In this document: piece after piece, positions 25,978 to 38,403 of the stretch
How positions within the stretch are numbered: position 1 is the stretch's first letter
How the letters are laid out: each line of letters opens with the position of its first letter
NCBI GenBank assembly: GCA_951406725.2
Contig: OX597814.1
Span: 127,596,001 to 127,660,000, forward strand
Origin: Octopus vulgaris
Lineage: Eukaryota
Direction: 5' to 3'
Length of the DNA: 64,000 bases
Made by a program: the position numbers and the translations under genes
Notes under the pieces: generated by a model
Databases searched by the model: none
What the model was told of the DNA's origin: nothing
The model's input: only the letters and a program-made list of their open reading frames with translations

Positions 25978-26419
25978 GATGCAATAATATCAATGTATCA
26001 ACTACAATGATAACGCTCAAACGACTCCGGCAAACCACAATGTCTGAACAGGAAGCCGATAAAAATTCTACGTGCACATTAGTCACGCACAGAATATATT
26101 CTCACATACTTACCGAAATATTTTTCTGAACGAAACTATTAGAGTCTCTTCTCGATATAACACCTCATTTTATTTTTATATAGTTTTATTTTAGAATGTT
26201 TAACTTATTTTTATTTAAAATTATAAGAGAAATGACCTTTGACATTAATTCAGTGCCCTATTATTATACCAATTACTAACGTTATCCCAAACATGAAAGC
26301 GTTATGTTCCTCACAATGTATAATATGAAGGAATTGGCTTTACTGGAATGACACGTCGTGTAATAATCGGAGACTTAGTAATGTTAAATTGTTGTTGTTG
26401 ATAAAGTTGGAGGGCAACT
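25978..26419. promoter_or_regulatory. Putative bidirectional promoter of DDX1 and WDR59
   Basis: 442 bp between divergent ATGs; repeat-free and visibly richer in CpG than the flanks. Confidence 0.65.
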
Positions 26420-26473
26420 ATGTCTATCAGGTGGAGTATTGAACAAAATGTGAAAGATCTTAAAGATCTTCAG
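26420..26473 (+). CDS. WDR59: WDR59 (GATOR2 subunit) coding exon 1
   Basis: MSIRWSIEQNVKDLKDLQ resembles the WDR59 N-terminus; GT donor at 26474. Confidence 0.85.
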
Positions 26474-27454
26474 GTTTGTTAAAAACATGAAATATTTCGT
26501 TTACTATTTTGTCTGCAGTATCATTTATCTTCCATCCACATCATCTTTTAAATATTTATACATATTCACGTTTAGATAGCACGTATTTATGTATGTTTAC
26601 ATCGATAGGATAATGTCTGTGTACATCAAAATGTATGTTCAACTCAGAAGGTTTATTTGAAGTACATTCATGTAAAATCAGTACAGTTGCAATATAACAA
26701 ATGTTTTATCTTGTGTTTATTTGTTAAAGAAACTAGTTAACACCATTTATGCTCTTATTTACTGCCCGCACTAATACGAATCAAAGAGGGAACGGCTGTA
26801 CTGTTGCTAGAAATAGCAGCCAAGGCTCTCTCAAATCACTCCCCCTTGACTTTCAAAATAGAAAGATAAGTTAGGTATAGTTCTGATACATTATACTTTT
26901 AAAATGATAGGATAATAAAGGCTCCCTGGCTTTTCATCATATGTATATTTCATCGTGACTGGGTTGAGGCTATGCAACATCAATTACTCACTAACGTCTG
27001 GTATTTACATTTCACTGTCGTTACATGAGGAGAAATATGTCAATAGTTCGGGTTACCTGAAAGATACGACGGCAAGACTCCCCAATCTATATCTTTTAGA
27101 CATGTAACAACTAATTACAAGTGTAATTGATTATCATATTACATTGTTGTTAATATAATAAGCCAGTATGGCTAATGCCATGACCTTTGTTGCTTGTATG
27201 GTGCTGAACTATGTCTGCTTCTGTGACCCCCATCAATTCACAGGGGATACATTTGGCATAACTTGGCATTTGTACTTAGTAATAATGTAGATGACAACAT
27301 TATTTAAGGTTTTGAATAAACTGTTTGAAAACAGTTAACGTTTGTTTCATACAATTTTCTTTTACTGAACTGATGTTAACATCCATTTGATATAAAACCC
27401 TTCACCACTAATCTGATATATGTATGTATGTATATATATATTTATATATATGTG

Positions 27455-27509
<55 letters not shown>

Positions 27510-28319
27510 GTATATATATATATATATGTACATATATAATGATGATGATGATGATGTATATATATATATGTATGTATGTGTGTGTGTGTGTATATATATA
27601 TAAATTTATATATATAATCATTATCATTATCGTTTAATATCTCTATTTCCATACTTGCATGGCTCAGTCAGAATTTGTCGAAGCAGATTTTCTACAGCAT
27701 GATGCCCTTCCTATCACCAACCCGCACCTATTTCCAAATAAGGCAGTATTTCCCCATGCCCTGACACATTCTTCAGTAAAGACTGGAAACGAACAACATA
27801 GCTTGTATCACAGTGATGCTCATTTACAATCATCACATGATGTCAAGACAAAGCTACTCACACACAGTTGGCTTCTCTTGGTTTCCATCTACCGAATCTG
27901 CTCACAAGGCTTTTGTTGACCCAAGGTTATAGTGAACGGTGTATGGTTCAGTGGTTAGGGCATTCAGCTAACAATCATAAGGTCATGAGTTCAATCCCCA
28001 GTGTTGTGTCCTTGAGCAAGATACTTTATTTCATGTTGTTCCAGTCCCCCCAGCTAGCAAAAATGAGTAGTACCTGTAGTTCAAAGGACAGCCTTGTCAT
28101 ACTGAATCCCCCTAAAAACTACATTAAAGGTATGCATGTCTGTGAGGTGCTCAGCCACCTGCCCAAGGTGTTGCCCAGTGGGACTAAGACTACATGATTG
28201 GGAAGCATGCTTCTTACCTATACAGTTATGCCTCTATCTATCATTCTATATATATATATGTATATATAGATTGTTGAACTGGAGAAACTCTTGACAGAGT
28301 CCCTCATTCTGTGATATGA

Positions 28320-29680
28320 TGGTTTCTGAGGAAGCTTGGAGTGGACAGGTAGCTTATGAAAGCCATAAAGCTATATTTACAGGAGTGCTGTCAGTAAGGT
28401 GAGAGTTAGCTATGCATGCAACAACGAATTCAGGATTCAGTTCTCAGTCCCCTCCTATCCATCATTGTCTTAGAGGTCATAACAGAACAACTGAAGACTG
28501 GCTGACCTGAAAACTACTATATAGTGATGATCTCACTTTTCAGACGAATCTGTAACAGTGCCGCTGGACTGCTTCCTGTGCTGGTGGCACATAAAAAACA
28601 CCATTTGACCATGGCTGTTGCCAGTACCACCTGACTGGCCCTCCTGCCAGTGGCATGTAAAAGCACCCGCTATACTCTCGGAGTGGTTGGTGTTAGGAAG
28701 GGCATCCAGCTGTAGAAACTCTGCCAGATCAGATTGGAGTCTGGTGCAGCCATCTGGTTCGCCAGTCCTCAGTCAAATCATCCAACCCATGCTAGCATGG
28801 AAAGCGGACGTTAAATGATGATGAGTTAGAAAATAAATTCCAGGTGTGGAAGCAAAACCTGGAATTGTAAGGCTTTAAAGTAAACTTAGCAAAGACCAAA
28901 GTTCTAGTTAGCAGGAAAACGGATAGGACTCTAACCATATCAGGTAAATGCTCAATATGCAGGAAAGGTGTAGACAGGAATTCCATATGGTGTACTAAGT
29001 GCAAGCTATGGACACATGAAGGCAGTGAAAGCACAGAAAATCGTGTTTGTATGTAGAAGGTGCTCAGATGCCATAAAGACCAAGGATACATGAGAAATTG
29101 ATTCTCTCAAATGCCCTCGAAAGTAGTAAATAGTTTCTGTTGCCTAGATAATCTAATTAGCAGTAGAGGAGGATGTTCTGAAAGTATAGTTGCTAGAATA
29201 AGAATAAAGTTCAGAGAGTTATTACTGATGTTGGCAGCAAAAAGTCCACCACCACCAAAGTGAAAGGTAGCTTATATGATGCTTGTATACATACAGTGAT
29301 GCTACATGGTAATGAGATGTGGCCCCTGTATACAGAGGAACGAGGCTAGTATGCTCCGTTGGATGCACAATGTCATTTGCATGAACAGCAAAGTGCTAAT
29401 GTATTGAGAGAAAAGATAGGCATAAGAGGAATCAGATGTAGTGTGCAAGAAAGAAGACTGTATTAGTTTGGCTGTGTGATGTGTGTGGATGGGTACAGTT
29501 GCAGAAAGAAGTTTCAGTTGATTAAAGTGGAGGGAACTTGTGAAAGAGGGAGACCCAGGAAGACATGGGATGAAGTATTGAAGGCAGTTCTCCAGATGCT
29601 GAGCGTTATGTAGAGGATGACAGGGAAGTGAAGTAATTGGTGTTGTATTGTACCCAAAAGACCTGTCCATCACTACAAGA
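28320..29680 (+). mobile_element. Decayed RTE LINE with a nested RTE 3'-end insertion (about 28555-28824)
   Basis: Degenerate QDSVLSPLLSII, YSDD, KVNLAKTKVL, zinc-finger remnant and RGRPRKTWDEV. Confidence 0.7.
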
Positions 29681-30325
29681 ACAGAATAGGCATATATTAC
29701 ATCCCCTTCTCTTCTGGTTACCTCCCTCACTCCCTCCTCCTGGAACCACTTCCTTTCCTCATTATCATCCCTGCCACATTATTTCTAGCACCTCTTGCTA
29801 TATCTTCAGCCACTGTTCTCTCCCTGCCATTCTTAACACTTCTCTTATTTGCTATTATTCTCAATGCTCTCCCATATTTATTATCATTCCCCACTGACTT
29901 TAGACACTCATATATCCCTATATCTCTCCCTCTCTGCTACTCATCACCTTGCACATCATCCCACTATTTTCTGATCTATTCTCTTTCCTAAGCCCTTCCT
30001 ATACCTTTCACCTTACCCCTTTCCATACTGGTATTTCCTTTCCACTGCATTTCCACCTTGTTCATTACTCATGATCAGAACCTAGCCTGGCAATACATGC
30101 TGTGTTGTAACAACTCTGTATCAAATATATAGAATGTATGTTATGTCAATATATTTAATAAATACCAGTTTCAGATTATTTCTTTTACAATACTGTCACT
30201 TTTGATCATATGGGTATACTACTATACTCTATCTCCATGATATATTCATTTAGTAGTAAGTATAATAACAAACCCATTAAAATTATTTGATGTTTTTTTT
30301 TAAACACTTGTATGTTTATTTACAG

Positions 30326-30375
30326 GCCAGTACAATGGCTGTGGACTGTCTTGGTCAATGGGTTCTTCTTGGAGG
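30326..30375 (+). CDS. WDR59: WDR59 coding exon 2
   Basis: ASTMAVDCLGQWVLLG; AG/GT boundaries; phase 0 to 2. Confidence 0.92.
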
Positions 30376-30467
30376 GTAAGAATATTTTCATCTTGGCTAT
30401 CTCTATTTCCAGTTCAAATTGTAGTTTTATCTTTCTGAATATCTTTTTTTTTTTCTTTTAAATACAG

Positions 30468-30600
30468 GAAAAGAGCTTTAACGTTGATGAGTCTTGAAAA
30501 TCATGATCATGTTCGAAAAATTGACCGGAACAGCAAATATGACATCAGTTGTGTCCAGTGGAATCCACATGCTGTTGCAGCTGAAAAGTTTGCTGTAGCT
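30468..30600 (+). CDS. WDR59: WDR59 coding exon 3
   Basis: KRALTLMSLENHDHVRKIDRNSKYDISCVQWNPHAVAAEKFAVA; AG/GT; phase 2 to 0. Confidence 0.92.
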
Positions 30601-31820
30601 GTAAGTGAACTTATAAATTAGAGTGCAAGCTAGCATATTTGATGTAGTAAACCAAGAAATTTTAACTGTTTTGAAAGTCTATACTATATCATCATCAGCA
30701 CCATCATCATTGTTTAATGTCCGCTTTCCATGCTAGCATGGGTTGGACGATTTGACTGATGACTGAGTAACCAGATAGCTGCACCAGGCTCCAATTTAGA
30801 TCTGGCAGAGTTTCTACAGCTGGATGCCCTTCCTAACACCAACCACTCCGAGAGTGTAGTGGGTGCTTTTACGTGCCACTGGCACGAGGGCCAGTCAGGC
30901 GGTACTGGCAACAGCCACGCTCAAATGGTGTTTTTTATATGTATCTTGATTTTGTTGAAATCTAAATTGTTTTGCAAATAGTATTTTTGGTATTGCACGA
31001 CTGTTATATGAGTAGATAATCTATTATAACTCAATGTATTAGTTTTTAATACTTCATTAAATATAAAACAAATATAATAAACAGAAAAAAACTCATTGAA
31101 CAATTAAGTCATATTACATTGTTGTGCTTTTTTTTCTACCTAATAAATGTGGGTAAGGAAAAATTTGCAACTGGGTACAATAAATTATGTGTACCCTTAA
31201 TTTTAGGGTGGGTTGTGGGTGGAGAAAGTGCTTATTTTACATTGAGTTTGTAGTCACACCTTAATAATGAGCGCAAGTATCATCTTAGGCAAACTGCAGG
31301 GGAGACAACTCTGAAATTTTTTTTTTTTTAAATGAAACGTGAGTTGTGAGTCAGGCAGCGCTGGCATCGGCCACGTTCGGATGGTGCTTTTTACATGCCA
31401 CCAGCACGGGTATCATAACTACAATTTCCATTTGATCAAGAATCTGACAGAAAAGGCAACAATTAAAGTATTCCTGCTGTAGTGGGAACATAGTGTGACA
31501 GGGTTGATGTCCACTTTTCCATGCTTGCGTAGATCAGACAGAATTCATTGAATCAGATTTTCTATGGTTGGTTGCCCTTCCTGTCACCAACCTTCACTTG
31601 CTTCCAAGCAAGGTAATATTTTCTCATGTTTTTCATGGAAGATTAGAACCAAAGAACATTGTTTGTATGACAATACTACCTATTTACAAATATTGTGTGA
31701 TGGCAAGGCCACGAGACAACACACATACATATAGGGGCTTCTTTCAGTTTCTGTTTACCAAATTCACTCACAGCTTTGTTCTGTCTGGGGCTTAAGTAGA
31801 AGACACAGAGTGAAAGTGCC

Positions 31821-31914
31821 ATTATTTGATGTTTTTTAAAACAGTTGTATGTTTATTTAGAGGTCAGTACAATGGCTGTGGATTGTCTTGGTCAATGGGT
31901 TCTTCTTGGAGGGT
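31821..31914 (+). pseudogene. Duplicated copy of WDR59 exon 2 with its acceptor region, inside a SINE
   Basis: Near-identical to 30282-30377; exon-equivalent 31863-31912 keeps AG and GT. Confidence 0.85.
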
Positions 31915-32097
31915 GAACCTGAAACCACATTGTTGGGAAGCAAACCTCTTAACCACACAGTTGTATGTGTGTATATAATTAAGTTAGTGTTAACATATTG
32001 AATGCAAGGAGCATTATTATGATCCATAACTGCCAAATCAGATAATTCTAATAATTGATTTTACAGTCATGTAACAAACTGTTTTCTATCTTAATAG

Positions 32098-32189
32098 TGT
32101 GGTCAGAAACTGGATGTCTATCACTGGCAAGATGGTAGCAATAGCAGCAAACCAATATGTTCCATAAAAGCTCATTCCCGTGTTGTAAG
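32098..32189 (+). CDS. WDR59: WDR59 coding exon 4
   Basis: CGQKLDVYHWQDGSNSSKPICSIKAHSRVV; AG/GT; phase 0 to 2. Confidence 0.9.
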
Positions 32190-32846
32190 GTGAGATTCAT
32201 ATATCATTTCTAAATCTTGTAAACATTCTCTCTTGTTTCTTTTTCTCCCGTATCTTCATTTCTTTTTGAAATATTACCATTGTGTTGAGTCAAAAGTTTT
32301 GCAGGATTTTGGTTACTTACTCTTTTAACTCTTTCAGTCATTTTGACTGTGGCCATGCTGGAGCACCGACATTAGTTGAGCAAATCAACCGTAGGACTTA
32401 TTCTTTGGAAGCCTAGTACTTATTCTATCAGTCTCTTTTGCTGAACCGCTAAGTTACGGGGACGTAAACACACCAGCATCGGTTGTCAAGCGATGTTGGG
32501 GGGGACAAACACAGACACACAAGCATATACACACACATACATATATATATATATATACGATGGGTTTCTTTCAGTTTCCGTCTACCAAATCCACTCACAA
32601 GGCTTTGGTTGGCCCGAGGCTATAGTAGAAGACACTTGCCCAAGGTGTCACGCAGTGGGACTGAACCTGGAACCATGTGGTTGGTAAGCAAGCTACTTAC
32701 CACAGCCACTCCTACACCTATAAATTATTTACTTTACTCATCAAGTTATAACAAAAGCAACCTAGCATTCAAAGCAGAAGCCACCATGTTGCACCGTTTG
32801 AAGTCACCTTTCTATCAGTTCTTTAATTCTATGTTCATACCAGTTC

Positions 32847-33203
32847 TTGTCCTTTGAGGTGAAGAACTCTTTCACTGAAGCTTTCACTGAACCATCAATG
32901 CCAACCAGCACTCCAAACAGCTGGAATAGATGTATGTCATTGTGTGGCAAAAATACCCCGCATTGGTTAACAAAAACCAAGCTCTTCTACAGCAAGAGAA
33001 TGCAAGACCTCATAATGCTCAAACGCCAAAGACTTGAGGGAATAGAACTGATGGCACACCCAGCATATTGTCCAGACCTAATTCCCTTGGATTATTACTT
33101 GTTCCAATATGTGGCTCACTTCCTATGCTCACAACACTTCATCAACCAAGAGGACCTGAAAGCTTCAATGAAGGAACTCTTCACCTTGAAGGACAAGAAC
33201 TGA
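32847..33203 (+). mobile_element. Mariner (Tc1/mariner) transposase C-terminal relic
   Basis: HPAYCPDLIPLDYYLF corresponds to the mariner HPPYSPDLAPSDYxLF motif. Confidence 0.8.
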
Positions 33204-33206
33204 TAT

Positions 33207-33478
33207 AATAATAATAATAATGAAATTATTGTATACAGTGCTCAGGTGCACCACAACTTGTCTGGGAAGTGAACAGTGTATGAGTCAGATACATGCTTGT
33301 GTGTGCATGGAGGGGACAAAATCAGGTGTAGCGTTGGCGAATCTCAGGAAGCATGGAAGTTTTGAAGGATGCAATGCTCCGACAACTAACAACTGGTGCC
33401 GGCAGTTTATTCCATACTTCAGCAACTCTTAACATGCAAAAATGTTTCCTAAGGTCATGGGAGCTGTGCTGTTTTCTG
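33207..33478 (-). mobile_element. CR1-type LINE 3' fragment
   Basis: Shares the 3' end (gtacagtgctcaggtgcac, (ATT)n tail, KHF...RVAExWNKLP) with the element at 58876-63000. Another fragment at about 53683-53850. Confidence 0.8.
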
Positions 33479-34292
33479 TTATAACTTGTCAAATAAAGCT
33501 AATAAGTTACCAAAATATTGCAAAACTTTTGAGCACAATAAATCATTCTTTAACTATCAACATTTGAAAGTGAGCTATTGCTCTAATCAGTCTCCAGTCA
33601 GTGAAGTATTTATTAGGTGATATGAATAATCATCACCTTTGCTTTCATGTCTGTTTTCTTATACTAGCTTAAGTTGAATAGGATTTTTAGAGGTAGCTGG
33701 ATCCCCTTCCTAATAGTAGCCATTTTAAATGCCTCTTATAATATGCAGGAATACAGTGTACCTAATCTAAAAATGGAGGCACACACATTTTTTTTCTCTT
33801 CAGTATTTGGATCAAAGACAGGATATATTTCAAGCTGCTTCTGTTGTTATCACCACTGGACATCATTGATCCAAGTTAGTCCTACTTCAACCAATGTATG
33901 TGACCAAGAATATTGTTTGAATGTAAAGGTCAATGTTTTGAGCAATAGTCACTTTATCTTTATTGTGGGATACACTATTCAAAAATATACGATCATTTCA
34001 ATAATTCTTCATTTTCATCATCATGAAAAATGGACATTAAATGATGATGAGAGGAGGATTAACTTCCTGTATGACAAAGTACTGCACTGGTCTTGAAATG
34101 CATGATATCACAAGAATTGTACTAACTTTGTTTACATTCATTGTTTACATTCATTTTAAAGGAAGTGAGGAACCCTCTAATGTAAGGGAAAACCTAAGTC
34201 TTCTATCATTCATTTCTGTTTTGTAACATTCCTTGTACTTTTGTTGTTTTTTATTATTTGTATTTGCTTTTTGTTTGATATATATGTGTGTG

Positions 34293-34345
<53 letters not shown>

Positions 34346-34367
34346 CATTTTGTGTGTATTTCTTTAG

Positions 34368-34448
34368 TGATTTAGATTGGTCACCATTTGATGTCAACAT
34401 CCTGGCTTCTTGCTCTGTTGATTCCTACACTTTTCTCTGGGATATCAG
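34368..34448 (+). CDS. WDR59: WDR59 coding exon 5
   Basis: DLDWSPFDVNILASCSVDSYTFLWDI (WD40 repeat); AG/GT; phase 2 to 2. Confidence 0.93.
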
Positions 34449-35275
34449 GTCAGTCCTTGTATTTTATTGAATAAAACAATATTTAGTGATATTTCCATGA
34501 TATCAGTAATATTGTATCATCATCATCACCATCATTATCACCATCATCATCATCATTGTAATCAGCTGCATTATTTTCAGTGCACCATAATTCAATCAAG
34601 GAATATAATTAATGCTGTGAAATATCTAGAGAGAATCTTCAATTCAAGCTGTTCTGCTTTTATTGCAAGTAAATTTTGTAAAAACACAGTTTTGACTCAA
34701 CTAGGGAATCAAAACCTGTTTTATGGTTTTTATTATCAGCTACATTATCCTTTGATTGAGCCAATTAAATTTTACTTAATCTGCATGGTTGTATTTGTTA
34801 TCATTAAGATATTCAAAATGCATGAAAATCATTGTTAGGATGTATTATAACTCTGACTTAAGCTCTGGTACTTGAAGGATACCAAATGGAACTGTAAAAC
34901 CTTAGAAAGAATAAGTCAGTTGATTGTCACATTGATGCATACCAATAAAAAGAATATCTTAGACTAGGAGGAACATAAGTAAATAATGTATACACAAAAT
35001 ATTCTGTAATTAAAATAAAAACATTTTATTCTTGTTCTGTTATGTAATTCACATGTGTAACAGTCATAATAGCTTACTAATGACTATATTAAAATGTAGA
35101 ATCTGTCTCCTACTATGTGAATTCAGTTATTTGCATAAGAAACTATGTAATTAAGTGGAATTACCCATGTTATGTATTCGTTTGTTGTTGCAAGTTTGTT
35201 GCCACTGGTATTAATATAGCAAATACACTCACAAAATTGCTCTATATATTCAATGCTGGCTTTGTTATTTTTCAG

Positions 35276-35313
35276 AGAACCAAAGAAACCTACGGGATCA
35301 TTTCAAACAGTTG
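35276..35313 (+). CDS. WDR59: WDR59 coding exon 6 (38 nt)
   Basis: EPKKPTGSFQTV; ttcag/gtgagt; phase 2 to 1 links exons 5 and 7. Confidence 0.85.
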
Positions 35314-35699
35314 GTGAGTATATACTGTAGTTGACAACAACAGTGTCATGTGAACCACTAGTTTACAAATATTTCCTTATGTTCTGCTATGTTTAGACAA
35401 CCCATGCAAACATATAAAAACTGACATAAAAATGATAAAGACATATATATATATATATATGAACAAATTTGAGGTCAATTCAAATATGTTTGACCTGTAA
35501 AGAGGCATTTTCACTGCAGTTTGCCATGGAGAAATATTCTCACTTTCAGCAAAAGGTATTGAAAATAACTGAGTCAGTTCAAAGCAGCGATTATGCTAGA
35601 AATGCACCTACAAGTCCATAGGAGATGCTTTGAACTGACTTTTCACCATCAGCAAAAGTTTTTCCCTCATACCAAACCACAGTGAAAATGCCTCTTTGG

Positions 35700-36340
35700 A
35701 GATATGCTGTGCATGAGAAGACCCGGCAAGCCGAGTGAGACCATAACTGTGGCCTATGCCAATGCAGCATAACCGGACCATTTAAGAGTACTCTTCAATC
35801 ATTGGGCAATAAGCTGCGCTTGTGAAGACCTGTTGAGTCAAATGAAGTCATTGTTGTAGCCGATGACAGTACTGCCTGATTGATACCCATGCTGGTGGCA
35901 CATGGAAACCCCCATTCAAATGTGGTCCATGCCAGTTCTGTCTGACTGGTTCCCATGTTGGTGGCATGTAAAAAGCACCATTCGAGCATGGTTGATGCCA
36001 GTACCGGCTGACTGGTCCCATGCCAGTGGCACATAAAAAGCACCATTTGAGTGTGATCATTGCCAGTGCTGCCTGCCTGACCTCCATGCCGGTGGCGTGT
36101 AAAAAGCACCATTTAAGCATGGTCGATGCCAGTACCACCTGACTGACCCTCATGGCAGTGGCACGTAAAAAGCACCCACTACACTCTTGGAGTGGTTGGC
36201 ATTAGGAAAGGCATCCAGCTGTAGAAACACTGCCAGATCAGATTGGAGTCTGGTGCAGCCTTCTGGCTTGCCAGCCCTCAGTCAAACTGTCCAACCCATG
36301 CCAGCATGTAAAGCAAACGTTAAACGATGATGATGATGAT
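35700..36340 (+). mobile_element. RTE LINE 3' end with about five tandem structured repeats
   Basis: Last RT codons (WRYAVHEKTRQAE), repeat array, conserved 3' block and (GAT)n tail. Confidence 0.8.
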
Positions 36341-36385
36341 ATATACATGGGTGATGTATTACCATATTCGTATATATTTATATCT

Positions 36386-36524
36386 ATTTATTTTATAGAA
36401 GGAGCTTCTACAGGACTAGAACTGTTTCATTCAAAAGAAATCATCAGGAAGCTCCTGCGCTTCCTGATGATTTCTTTGAATGAAACAGTTCTAGTCCTGT
36501 AGAAGCTCCTTCTATAAAATAAAT
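36386..36524. ncRNA. Fold-back palindrome with intact type I hammerhead motifs on both strands
   Basis: Plus 36459-36506: gcttc-CTGATGA-tttctttgaat-GAAA-cag ttctagtc ctg-TA-gaagc. Minus 36401-36455: the same with an 8-bp stem I (ggagcttc/gaagctcc). Confidence 0.8.
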
Positions 36525-36991
36525 TAATTTACTCTGCTATGTATTGAGTACCTTATTTACTGTGGTTAACCCCGACTCAACCCGGGACCTACATATATTT
36601 ATATCTATATATATATAGTACTATGAATTATATGTTAGACCTGTGTGTTGTGATGATTGTTGTGTTACTATATCTACTAATGTCTGTTGTGCTGTAATTT
36701 ATAACATCTATTCTGTTGCAGTGCATATTGTGTCGTAGTCTGCTGTGTTGTAGTGTCTTCTATATAATGTCTGCTCTGTTGTTATGTCTACTTTGTCATT
36801 ATGACAATTGTATTACATCTATTGTGCTGTTATGAAATATAGGTCGTCTTGTCTGTGTGTTACTTGTAATTGATTATACATAAAATTATTGTGCCATTTT
36901 TCACAAGATGTTTTATCATTTGATGACCAAATCACATGAGAAAGGAGGATATTTTTACAAATGCTGCCTTTTCTTTTGTCTTTTCCTTAAG

Positions 36992-37080
36992 CTGGTGCCT
37001 CTCAAGTTCAATGGAACAAAGTTACCAACAACACATTTGCTACAACACATGAAGGGGATGTCAGAATTTGGGATCCAAGG
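36992..37080 (+). CDS. WDR59: WDR59 coding exon 7
   Basis: AGASQVQWNKVTNNTFATTHEGDVRIWDPR; AG/GT; phase 1 to 0. Confidence 0.93.
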
Positions 37081-37679
37081 GTAGGTTTTATAAAATATTT
37101 TCCATTAGATCTTGACATTCTCTTGTACCAATTTCCACATCTAACTGTAAAATTGTAACTTGATATCAAATCCTTAACAACTCCATCCTGAACTGGAAAG
37201 TTTGAGTATAATATCTATTTATAATGTCTATTGGTTAAAAAATACAATTAGATTGAACAGTGCTTCTAACTATCTGATGTGGTATACTGGCAATTTTTTT
37301 TTTCCAATGTGCCGGGGACTAGTAATATTTCTTAGTAATATTAATTTATACCAGAAACAATACATCTAGATGCAAGTGACTGAATAGTCTTTGGAATACT
37401 AATCAGAGAATTCAGTTCCACTTGAAATCACCATTCATGTTATAATCTTTACTGTGCTTCATATTCTTACTTTTCTCTTTTTTCCCTTTCCAAGATAAGT
37501 TTTTATTTATTTGGACATGTTCACATTATTCAACTTTTTTCCACTAAGATTTCTTTCCTACTATGAAGTAGAAATAGAGCAATAGGATCTATGTCAGTAA
37601 TGCAAACCTAATGATTACACACCATGTGGCTCTTTACAACAGTTGGTGTTTGGTGTGAACTAATGATAATGTTCACACC

Positions 37680-38060
37680 AGGCTGTCTTTTCCACTTCTT
37701 TCCAGTCGGATCCCTGCTTTTTCAACTCTGCTTCAGTATCTCAACCTCTAGCTATTTTTAGGCCACCCTCTCTTCCACCACTCTTGTGGTTGTATGTTTC
37801 CCTGACAGAAGGCTTTTCTCTCTCCTAGATCTTGTTGGTTTCGAATTATCATCCATGCATCTATAACCTTGCTTTTTTCTAGGTAGGTGTCTTGATCCTA
37901 CACAAACCTATTTCTCTCTCTGAAAAGTGGTGGTCCATATTATTCTGGCCTGTGTCCTTTGACTTGTCTCGCATGTGAGGCTCTACCAAGTACTTGGACT
38001 CCATTGGCATTGCTTTCTCAGGGTCATTGAGGCATACAAGCTATTAATACAACAGGGACT
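37680..38060 (-). mobile_element. Bipartite non-autonomous RTE derivative (5' UTR fused to 3' end)
   Basis: Minus strand begins cctcaatgaccctgag..gcaatgcc...ggtagagcctcacatgc..gacaagtc...ggccaga, a layout like RTE/BovB 5' UTRs, then a decayed RKRGxPK C-terminal segment. Confidence 0.5.
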
Positions 38061-38286
38061 GGACCTTATTGTGGTCATGAATGCAGTCAGCCAGTAATCT
38101 AACATATTAAGCTTACAACCACAGTGCCTGTCTTGAGAATCTACTCTATAACAAACATTGTAAAGCTTAGAAGTATCTAGATAACACGAAACTATTCACA
38201 ATATAGAAAACTTTGCATAGAGACTTAGTTTTGTGAAACCCAGCCTTTGATATTATATCACTTATGTCTTTATATTATCCTGACAG

Positions 38287-38403
38287 AAAGGAAATACTGC
38301 TGTGCAGTATATTGCAGCCCACCCGTCCAAGATTTATGGTTTAGACTGGAGTCCATTTTCAGAGTACAATTTAGCTACTTGTAGTCAGGACTGTACAGTG
38401 AAG
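38287..38403 (+). CDS. WDR59: WDR59 coding exon 8
   Basis: KGNTAVQYIAAHPSKIYGLDWSPFSEYNLATCSQDCTVK; AG/GT; phase 0 to 0. Confidence 0.94.

Noticed and set aside
24460-25987. Plus-strand ORFs overlapping DDX1
   Set aside because: Antisense shadows of the DDX1 coding sequence with no recognisable motifs.
27362-27652. Short ORFs rich in YI, HT or CV repeats (also near 3204-3507, 17034-17335, 43990-44292)
   Set aside because: Translations of microsatellites.
31863-31912. Mutually exclusive alternative to exon 2
   Set aside because: It lies downstream of exon 3 and its end phase (2) does not match exon 4 (phase 0), so it cannot substitute in frame.
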